Origin: Thalia democratica
Taxonomy: Eukaryota
Assembly: GCA_965202585.1 (NCBI GenBank)
Contig: OZ241830.1
Coordinates: 26,350,001-26,414,000 of the forward strand
Length of the DNA stretch: 64,000 nt
Direction: 5' to 3'
The position numbers and the translations under genes were made by a program. Below are positions 1 through 10,410 of the stretch, one piece after another (the first letter of the stretch is position 1; each line of letters begins with the position of its first letter). Under the pieces are notes generated by a model. The model was not told the DNA's origin, ran no database searches, and saw only the letters and a program-made list of their open reading frames with translations.

Positions 1-561
1 AACAGCTAGATAATAATTTATATAAAAGTTTTAAACAAATTATATTTTACTAGGCAAGTTAAAGCTTAACTTAAAATCTACTAACATTAGATTTCTATCA
101 TAACGCTGATTAAAAAACACTAAAGACTGAAAAAATATTTCTGTATTAATCTTTATGTTTTGTCAACACTTCAAGACATAGGAGTAACTTAATTTAATTA
201 TTAAATCAGATTATAGTTTACAAAAAGTTTGTTATAACTATTCAGCTTGTTAGTTTAACATAAATAAATTAAATAGTTTTTAGGAAAAAACTAGAACAAG
301 TTGAAACTTGGTTTAACTAATTCGCTTTAAATTGTGAACGCTAGTACTTACATCTATTTCAGAGTATAATTTAATTCTAAAATTATTGTACCGATAAGTT
401 CATTTAGTAATTAAAATAAACGATTTTTTTTATCTCCTATCACTATAGCTGTATTTATGTTTATGACCTTATTTGTTATTTTAGCAGTTCTTTTTTTTAT
501 ACACTGCTTATTACTTAGGTACCTACTTTTTTAGTTTGTTTTTAATTATTTCTTTGTACTA

Positions 562-3500
562 ATGATGGCAACAACGAACTGCTTTGACCCACTTCTAGCA
601 GCAGGAAACAGTTTTATGACCAACCAACCGTTAACTTCCGGAATAAGTCAACCGTGTAAGATATATGACGTCACAAATCAACAAAACTTTTCAGCTACAA
701 ATGGTCATTACATTAATGGTAACACATTGAATTTTTCGAACGGTATAATAGATTATTCGTTGTTAAATTCGGATTTCAATGACAATCAGGTTTGATTTGG
801 TATAAAAAACTTATAAACAGCTACTAAATTAAATAGAATTTATTGAAATTTATTTTATTGAATATATTTTTCTCTTCGGATTTAGGGTGTAGCCTTAAAA
901 AAACAATAGTGACCTCATATAAATATATTAAAAAAGGCTTCTTATAAAATTGTAATAAAAATAACGAACTGTTTTATAAACTTTATCAAGTTTTATAATG
1001 AAAATTTCGTTAATCTTTCTAGGTAGCTGTACAAACTGCTATCAACGCAGGCAAAATTCATCAAAATCTGCAGCTGCAAAGCTTCCAGCAATACCTACCT
1101 GCAATAGGGAACCCAGAAAGTAGAGCAAACTACCAGCAAATTACTTTAGCCAACACTCACAAGTCAGTGCAAAATGACTATCAAACACAACAAAAGAACA
1201 ATCTTGCTGTTGTTAACCAACAACAAATGCAGATGTTCCAGCAAAATGTTAATGACAAGTGTTACAACACAAGTTCTGTACAAAATCAAAATGTCAACCT
1301 AGGACTTGGGCAACATCAGTTTGCACAACAACCACAAATACAACAAGGTCAGCAGCATATTCCGTTGGTTCAAAATAACCAAACAAATACATTTTTGTTG
1401 AGTTTTATTCTTGAAAAACTAAAAAGTGTAACCTTATTTATTCTAACAGATCAAAAAAAAAGATATCCTCAGCAATACTTAATGCCACGAACTCACTCAC
1501 TTCATCAAACCAACGTGCAGAATAATGCTGGTATGAGCTTACACTTGAATTTTAAATTAGTATCTAAAAATTATTTATTTGCTTTTGTTAACAGACCTGA
1601 TAGCTGTACAACATAGTGGTGACCCTTTGCTAGTAAACAACAGACGAAAGGTAATAAAACAGACAGTTTTGTATTTAACTGGGAAATCGATCATTTTTAT
1701 GTACAAACTTTTTTTTTAGATTAGTGAAGCTGTGCTTTCAAGCTCAAACATTAAGAATTTTAATTTTGAATCATCTGACGGTGAAAGACCAGGACAGTAA
1801 GGATGTTTTATTTCTTAGAGCATTTACGACTTCTAGTAAATATACTCATTAACTCTAATATATAAAACTTTTATTTTTTATTAGAACAAAAATAAAGAGA
1901 GTAAAAAGTTTTGTATTATTTTTTTACAAACATGCGCATCAAATTTGAAATATGTTATAACTCCTTTTAGGACTCGTGTGAAATTTACAAGACTGCAGTT
2001 TGAAATTTTGGAGGCGTCTTTCAAGAAAAGTCAAAATCTTAAAAATGGCAGAAAACTTTTCATTTCCGAGATGACTGGACTTACTGAAAATCAAGTTGTG
2101 GTAAGTAAAAAACGAGTTTGTTTATTTAATTTAATCAAAATATAATTTATTACACTTAGTTGTAATATAAACATCGTCGAAAGATATTGACAGTACGAAA
2201 TTATAAAGAAAAAGTAGATGTATAAAAACTAGATGTAATAAATAAAAATTTGTTCTAGAACTGGTTTAACAACAAACGGTCAAAACTTATTAGAATTGGC
2301 AAAAGGCTGCCAGCTAGGAGGTTCATAAAAATGAAAGGTTAGTTTGACTTTATTGAAGTAAAGTAGTCAGTAGTGTATTGAAATATAATTTAGCAATACA
2401 TAAATATATAAAATACAATTTCTTTTAACAGACGGAGTAGTTGGAATAAACAATGTTGTAACAATGGTAGATGTAAGTTAACTATTAAAAAATAGAAACC
2501 AAATAAAAAGCTTTTTTTTTTTTGACCTTAATTTAATTTTTTTGTATAGATACTACTTTTAAAAATTATTTTAGAAATACAGTACAATACGAATATATAT
2601 ACAATTAAATTAACTTTATATCTTAAAAGTAATGGAAACATGTTTAAAATTATAATTTCATAGCAAGTACTACCATAAAAAAGTAAAAATTTAAACTTAA
2701 AAACTTCTAAATTAAAAAAGTTAAAGATACGCTGTAAAAAAATGACTAAAAATTTTAGCACCCAAAAGACAGTGCGAGTGAAAAAATAGTAGATCAGAAC
2801 TTATATGAAAACCATAAGGATTACAGTAGAGAAGGGCAATCTTCAAAAGATAGCTCTAACAAGATGAGAAAGTAAGTTTTGGGAAAATTTAACTTTAAAA
2901 GAAATGTAAACAAATAAATATATATTATTAATGAAGTGCAATCACATATTTAAAAAACTTTTGAATACTAAGTTACACGCAACTATGAGCTTAACAGCGC
3001 CGACGCGTAACAGAGAAGATACGTAAGTGACGAAAAATGTTCTCATTCTGTTTTATTTTTATATAATTAGTTTTCTGTGTTTTAAACACTACCGCATATT
3101 TTAATATAATAAACAACAATATTTGAAGTATTTTAAATACAGTCGTACCCGCTATGACGTCATTAAGCGTTACATCTGATCATTTTGTAGTAACAAAAAA
3201 AAAACAAGATAAAATTTTATCACTTAAACTAATTTAAATGATAGGCTACGCATATGTACAGCTTTAACATACTCTGAAACTAAAAAATTTTATAATATTA
3301 CTAAACTGTTAGGCAGAGGATAACGCTCAATTTCGACCAGTTGGAGATTTTGGAAGATTTTTATAATTTCACCAGCTGGTATCCTATGGTTGATCAGATT
3401 GAAAAACTTGCAAAAAGGAGTAAATTGTCTTGTTATGAAGTGAAGGTAAATTATTAACTATTATCTGTCAGCTATATAATAAAGATACTATAAAATAAAA

Positions 3501-4472
3501 TTAGATTATATCAGATATAAATTTAAGAAAAGTATTAAACTGTATTAACCAATCCAGCTATGACGGTCAGTTTTTATTTTGTGTTAAGACAGTTTTTTCA
3601 GATAATTTCATTTCTCGGTTCATAATATGAAAATACTTTTTCTACTTTAATGAACAATAAAAATGAGTTTAACAATTGGAACTTAAGTTTCTGTAGAAAT
3701 GTTACAACTTTAATTTTAGATAAAAATAGGTTAAAGAAACAGATAAAGCTGAAAGTTTATTTCTAATACAAAATACTTTTTTTTACGTAAATTTAACTAC
3801 TTTTTTTAATAAATTTTTGCATGAAATGTGTTAGTAACATTAATTACATAATCGCAGATTGACAGTCCGTTCAACGGTGAAACTTATTAATTGTATCAAT
3901 TTGTTATAAATAGTTTTCAATATAAGAATTTTCAATATGAATATGTTCTTTTGCTTAATGTAATTTAATTAAATAATAAAATTAGTTATAGTAAGATATT
4001 CGGTGCAAATTTATTAAGATATAAAAATCCTATAATCTTAAAATTTTTATATACAAAACATTAGTGATCGTTCATTTATAAATTCATAATAGTTATTCTG
4101 AAATGATATTTAAATTATTAAAACCTACACAATCATAACTAACCATCACTTTATAATGTTTACCAAAGTTATTTAAACTTTTATACAAAAATCTCTGATA
4201 AAAAGTATTGATCGCTGCTTCAATCTTTCTTTTTAATATATTTGAAAAACTTAAAAAGAGCCTAAAAAAAATAATTAAAAATACTTGTTCAACCTTGTTT
4301 GAATGACGTATATGTTTCTGTTCTGCAGAAATCTAATATTATACATTATTTAAGTACTTACAAAGTTTTTCAACAGAATTGGTTTCAAAACCGACGCAGA
4401 AAAAACAGAAAATGTGGAATTGAAATTAACAAATTAGTTGATAGGAAAAGAAAACTTCCGTTTGATATGTGA
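562..4472 (+). CDS. Double-homeodomain transcription factor, paralog 1 (452 aa, 11 coding exons)
   Basis: Exons 562-789, 1023-1347, 1450-1530, 1595-1650, 1720-1796, 1971-2100, 2259-2337, 2432-2472, 2759-2871, 3313-3445, 4377-4472. All introns are GT..AG with compatible phases, total 1359 nt and no internal stop. HD1 = PGQTRVKFTRLQFEILEASFKKSQNLKNGRKLFISEMTGLTENQVV|NWFNNKRSKLIRIG. HD2 = MRKQRITLNFDQLEILEDFYNFTSWYPMVDQIEKLAKRSKLSCYEVK|NWFQNRRRKNRKCG. Every junction has a counterpart in the paralog at 35399-39122. N-terminal exon boundaries are less certain than the HD exons. Confidence 0.9.
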
Positions 4473-6321
4473 TAAAACACGAAAAAGTTTATATACGTTT
4501 CGTTTATATCACTAGACAGTATACTTTAGCACTAACTTTCTCTTCTGAATTATACAAGTTAAACGAAACTTTACAAAAAATTTTGTTAACAAGTTTTCTA
4601 TAACTTTATCAAAATTAGGTCAATGGTTGACGTTAAGAAAAAAAATTAACAATGATTATATATTGTTCTACATATTTTTCACGGTTATAGAGTAATTATA
4701 AAAAAGTATATTAATTATTAATATTTAATAAGTAATAATTAATTATTAATAATAATTTAAATTTTAGTGGGTAAAGTTAATCTTTGAATATATTTTTTTG
4801 AGCTAAAAAATCTAATATAGCTGAAATAACAAAACTTATATAACTATTTATACCCAATATATAATGATTAAAGCTTTCTTGTTAAACAATACTTTTTTAA
4901 CTTTGAATCGTTAGTTAATTAAATTAAATTTATCATCGTTAGTTATTAAATTAAATTTATCTTATTTTTCAGTTCTAAATCTAAGCTGTTTAAAGTTATT
5001 GCAACTGTTGAATATGCATTTACTGCTTTGTCTTATTTTTCTTGAGTTATTATATATACAAAAAAGTAATAAATTCTCCACGTAAAAATTGTTAAAAAAA
5101 TTTATTAATAAAATTTTCTGTATTATGATAAAAGTTTACAGCTGTAGTTTTTATTTTTAATGGTTTCGACTAAGAATGAGTTTTAACAAAGTTTTAATAT
5201 AATTAGTATTAAACTTCAAATAATTTTTTTTTAAGTCATTGCATCGCGCATTTAACTACAAATCGTTGTTGAACAAAATATAGTTTGTTGAAGTATGCTT
5301 TATGAAACAAGTATAAAGAGTTTTATAGAAAAGTATAAAATAATAAATAAAATTTATAAATATTTGTAATATTTTAAATGCTAAAGATTTAGTACTAAAC
5401 AATGTAAACTAAAAAGATATAAGTATTGCCTAAAATTTATAAATTAAATTAACTTGTATAACATGTTATTGGTTTTAAAACTAAAAACAATAACAAAACT
5501 ATACACAGAAGAAAGCAACACTAAAATTTTTATGATTAGTTTTTGTTGTCTAGGAAGCCTACAAAAACTTAACTGAACAGTTAAAAAGTTTTTAAAGATA
5601 TTTAATTCGTTAAAGAACGAGGGAGGTTGCTGTGCATTATATTTTTCAAAGTTATTTTAACTTGGTTGCATCTGATCTGTTTTATACTATTATCTGTATA
5701 CCGTTTTTTGGTAGTAAGGCGGTATCAAGAAGCAAAAACTGTTTTGATGGTGTTTATAGTTATAAAGTAATAAAAATAAATAGTTACTTAAAAACAAAAA
5801 AAAAAAAATTTTTTTTAATTTTAAACGTATGTTTTATCACGCTGTGGCACAATAGCTAATTTAAGCGTAAGCGTTTCAAATATATTTTAAAAGAAAAACT
5901 TTATTTATTTATTTAATTATTAATACATTTATTTAACGACAAAAAAAAAGACACTAAAAATATCTGGTCCTAGGACCTAGGTGCACAAACAACATTCGGT
6001 AATCTCGATAAACTTTTAACGTCTTGTCCGGGACAAACTTTTTAAAAACTTGTAAATGTTAGCATATATTATATTTATCTTAGGTATCTTTAATTTAAGA
6101 TTTAAAAACAAGTTTAAAACCAGCAAGAGTTCTATTTTATTTTAAAAACTCGCTTTTAAAAAACACTGTTTTCTTTAAAAAAATAAAGACTTAGTATCAT
6201 CTATTGAAAAAAAATATACCCTAAAAGATTCACAGAGTTTAAAAGTATAAACAGTTTTCATTAAAAGTTCTTTAAAAAAATTCGTTTAAGTCCAAAAGAA
6301 AAAGTAGACTACAATATAAGT

Positions 6322-6707
6322 TTATAATTGAAAAACTACAACGAAGTACTTGGAACAAGATAAAGTGCAAAATAAACAAATATTTGTCTTGCTTATACTT
6401 TGCACAGATTTTTAACACTACATAAGTCCGAATCACAGCAGTTATATTCATATAGTAAGTGATGAAGACGACATATTCCTAGTTTTTACAGTATAAAATA
6501 TTAGTACAACTCATCATTTTGATATTCTCCTGCTCGGTCCATTTTAAACATAGTAATTGCACAAAAACCTGAAGTATTTTCATTATATATGATGCAATTG
6601 ATTCAGAAATGTTCTCATAACTTGCATTAATTATGTATAGAACTCTTGTCTAGCAGAGCTACTAAAAACCAACATAGAACAATTAGAAATGTAATTAAAG
6701 ATCCCAT
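6322..6707 (-). pseudogene. Ly6/uPAR-like three-finger pseudogene (type C, copy 1)
   Basis: ATG at 6707 gives signal peptide MGSLITFLIVLCWFLVALLDKSS. Remnants GFCAI, SCTNILYCKN, CCDSDLCS and GPI-like tail SVQSISKTNICLFCTLSCSKYFVVVFQL* are spread over several frames with stops. The 386-bp length matches the intact genes. Confidence 0.75.
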
Positions 6708-8963
6708 AAAGTGCTTAGTTTTAGAAAAATATAAAACATGCGGCGCATATAAATTGTTAGATATTTTTTTATCAATTTACTTTGTACGAAAATTATATTA
6801 ATAATCTTACAAACTGGAAAGCAACTGGTTTTTATAACATTCTTTTTGAAAAAGTATTTATTTAAGATTTTTTCAGTTCAGAGACTTTAAGCAACGGCCT
6901 TAAAAATGTATGCTTATAATCTTTATATATAAGGCCAACTTGTTTGTTTCTAAAACAAGGCTGCTTATTGAAGTAATAAAAAGTTGCATTAGTTCCTTAA
7001 CAAATTTTATTTGCATACAAAATGTTTTATTATGTACTACTCAAATATTATTTGTAAATAAAATTTAAAAAGCCTGAATTTAAGTTAAATTGGCTTCTAG
7101 TTGTATGTAGTAGGCTTACACTGATCATTATATAAGTTTGATGCAGGCATTATTTTGGTTAAAAGTATCAAGTCAGTTTGTTAAAAGTTTAATGTAAACA
7201 AATAATACGACTTAGCTAAAAAATTAGTTTTTAACACAAAAACAATAGTTTTAAAATCAAAAGTACTAACATAAAATAAACTTTTGACCATAAATTGATA
7301 AAATCTTTTATACAATTAATATTGTTAATATGAAAATTATCGTTTAAAAACTTTAGCTATACGTTTTACCATTTCTCGCTTATATGTTTATACACAACTT
7401 TGAATTAATTTATTGTTTATCGGAAATAACAAATAAATTGAGCACAGTAAAATGTAATGCTAAATATTTAAAATATAACCTAATTATTTAAACAGTTAAG
7501 TGTCTGTAAAATACAGTTAATTGTTAAAGACGATAACAGCAGTAGTGTATTCCTAAATAAAACTCTATATCAAGAAAATTGTTTTGTTAAAACAGCAAGC
7601 ATTGCAAGAAAATTATATTTCAACAGATATTAATGAATCCAAGGATGTGATATTATCAATTTAGGTAGTTTACTAATAAGATCGATTACTTATACGGTAG
7701 ATTTTTGATTTTTTAAGAAATAAATGCTGTCACTTATAATAGTTAAGAAAAGTTATAATAAGACTTGGAACATTTAAATCAACTACGTATCTTCCTTATT
7801 TAAAAAAGTGAGCTACTATGACATAGATATTTTCAAAACATTATATTTCCTCTTATTTAGTTTAAAGATTGTTTTTAATTATTGATTTCTAAAAAAAATT
7901 GTTATTATACTTCAATCATAAGTGATGCTATTGACTACATTGTTCGTTTTTTTTTGTTATATTTAACTTTTTGTAAGGATTTTTAGAACTTTTTCTATTC
8001 GTACTTTAATCATGCGACTTGTAAAACTTATGTCTTTAAGTTGTTTTTTTTGGAATCTAAAATAAGCATGGTTGTTTAGGAGTACTTATTTTTACTTATT
8101 GTTTATGTTTAAATTTGTTATTTATAGTAAAATTTACGTTAAATATTAAAAAAGTATGTCTTATAACTCAATTATGCAGAGTAAAAGGTGTACTAAACGA
8201 GAAATACATAATTAAAAAAAAGATACTTTAGAGTAAAAATTGTTATAATTGATAACAATTTAAACATTCTTTTAATTTATAAAAACTTTAGTTGTTTAAA
8301 ATATTTATATTACAATTTAAGCGTTTACCTCCTTTATGCTTAGCTCCCTGTTGTTAGAAAAAATTATTTATTGCATGAACGTAAGTTGATTGAATCTACT
8401 TGCTAGAAGTTTAACAATTAAGCTTATACACTATAGCTAATTACGGTAAAAGTAATTAATTCTATTCAATATAATTTACAAAACTCTTGACACAAAAGAA
8501 CTACAGACTATACTGTAATAATAAAAGTTAAGTTAAACTAATATTTATAACCTTGAAAGCAGCTTGTTAAACTACTAAACTTTTTTTTAATATACCTAAT
8601 TACGTTTTTCCTTGTTAAACTTCTTTGATTGCAAATCTATTTACTTATTTATTTAAGTCTAAGTCAAAAAGTAAACAAACAAAATAAATAATTTACAAAC
8701 TTGCAAAAACTAATATATTTTAATCTTTTTTTTTTCATCACAAAAGTTTAAATATTTTCTTAACAAGAATTTAATTTTATAACCAACTTCGTTTACTAAA
8801 AGACTTTGTTGTAGTTGAACTAAATACTTTATTACTAAAATTCGTGTGCTTATATTTGATAGTGTTACAATATTAGAATTTTTAAAAGTTACACAGATTT
8901 AAAAATATAAAAGTTGACAGTTAGTTAAGCTGAAAAAAACATTAAAATAATAAAAGTTGACAG

Positions 8964-9356
8964 TTAATTGAGGTGAAAAAATATTAAAATAATAAAAGCT
9001 GAAATATATAGTAAAAAACAAAAGTTTGTTTTGTTTATACTTTGTGCAGAACTTTCAAGATTGCATAAGTCTTTCTCACAGCAATTTATCTCAAATTTCA
9101 TGCCGTATAACTCATGTTTAGAAACTCCTGGCTCCTTACAAAACTCAGTATCAGTGCAACCCAGATCTGTACAAATATCTTCTCCACACTTGTCAAACGT
9201 GCCGCTTTTAAACTTGTAGATTGCACAAAAGTCTGAACTATATCCTGGACAAGTGTATTTTGTTAAATCAGAATGATTCCCAAAGTAGCACTGTAGACTG
9301 AAAGATCCGTTAAATAAACAACTAAAAATAACTAAACTTAATGTCAAAGTCTTCAT
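8964..9356 (-). CDS. Intronless GPI-anchored Ly6/uPAR-like three-finger protein A1 (130 aa)
   Basis: Signal peptide MKTLTLSLVIFSCLFNGSFS, then LQC, 10 mature Cys ending CCEKDLCN, small-residue omega region (ESSA), spacer and C-terminal hydrophobic tail FCFLLYISAFIILIFF. Confidence 0.88.
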   Translation of the reverse strand: MKTLTLSLVIFSCLFNGSFSLQCYFGNHSDLTKYTCPGYSSDFCAIYKFKSGTFDKCGEDICTDLGCTDTEFCKEPGVSKHELYGMKFEINCCEKDLCNLESSAQSINKTNFCFLLYISAFIILIFFHLN

Positions 9357-9457
9357 GATGTGTTAAGTTTTAAAGAATATCAAAGAATACTGTATTTTAA
9401 AACTGTTTATTTTTCTTATTATGTACTCAATATATTTGCGTATAAGAGGCAATAGAA

Positions 9458-9479
9458 ATGTAATTGGTATGTATTACAT
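9458..9479 (-). promoter_or_regulatory. Conserved upstream inverted-repeat motif of Ly6 A1 (ATGTAAT-tggtatgt-ATTACAT)
   Basis: About 100 bp upstream of the ATG. The same motif lies at a similar distance from the other cluster members. Function is inferred from conservation only. Confidence 0.55.
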
Positions 9480-10262
9480 CCTGGCTTAGTAAGGTTTATT
9501 TTCGGAATTTAAAGATTTAAGATTAAAAACGAAGACTATTCAAAATCGTAATTTGCGTATAAATTAATTTAGAATTTTAGGTATACTGATTGTGCTTGAA
9601 ATTTGATTGACAAAGAAAATTGTTTTGTGTTTTTTATTTAACTAGACCAGAGTTGTTCATATAATTTTTTTGTTTTTTAATTCTATTTTTGTACTACAAC
9701 ATGTGTTAGACCTATAAAAACTTAATATCTTAACTTTAAGTTAAATTGTTTTTAAAACGAACTAGCATTTAATATTTCTTTATTAATTTTTCTAAACGGT
9801 TTTATCGCATACAGGACCAATAAACAAACGACAAAACGTTTAAAACCTCTTTTTTTCGTTAAATAAACATTTTATTACAACATTTTATTTTAAGCGAACA
9901 TTTTTTTTGCGTAATAATTATCCTTAACAAAACTCCTACAACTTTAATAACTTAACTTGTTTGAAAAGAGTCAATAAATCTAAAAACAAATTGTGCTTAA
10001 GAAAATGTTAAACAATATATAGTTCTGAATAAAACTTCTGTCTTTAACGTAGTTTATACTATTTATTACTCAGATACTAATAAAACATACATCTTTGTTT
10101 AATAATTTTAAATATTGTTTAAGTATTAATACTGATAGCTTTTGAAAATATTAAACAAAAAAGAGCAAAAGAATGAAAAAAATTGAATAGTTTCAGCTTT
10201 TATTGTTTATAATTTTATTATACTTTACACATAATTACTATTGTACTATTATTTACTATAAC

Positions 10263-10410
10263 GCTTTTATTGTTATTATGCATTGCATAATATACAGCAG
10301 TTATGTTATTTCATGAAAAAAAAAGTACTTGTTAGAAAAAAAATGCTTATCCTGATGTGTTTACCTAAAAAAACTTACCCAAAATGTCCGGATAAGTGAA
10401 TAAGCACTGT
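10263..10410 (+). repeat. Dispersed ~150-bp repeat (probable degenerate MITE fragment)
   Basis: gcattgcataatatacagcagttat...tgcttatcc...tgtccggataagtgaataag recurs in reverse orientation at ~49860-50015 and ~53460-53615. Confidence 0.65.

Noticed and set aside
1167-2145. ORFs 1167-1616 and 1945-2145 (likewise 36144-36440, 38229-38543, 38892-39137) as stand-alone genes
   Set aside because: They are exon fragments of the spliced homeobox genes reading into introns.
2528-2761. 77-aa minus-strand ORF; also 5632-5859, 16086-16283, 21024-21233, 23418-23609, 24336-24584, 28807-29001
   Set aside because: F/I/K/L-rich composition expected from AT-rich non-coding DNA, no motif, and homologous duplicated segments do not preserve the frames.
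562-4472. Naming the genes DUX/DUXBL or treating the pair as a fungal HD1/HD2 mating-type locus
   Set aside because: The HD sequences lack clear DUX similarity beyond generic residues. The two genes are paralogs in convergent orientation rather than a divergent pair of different HD classes, and the Ly6-like neighbours indicate an animal.
9031-9219. Antisense ORFs 9031-9219 and 24809-24991
   Set aside because: Shadow frames opposite the Ly6 genes, not conserved between paralogs.
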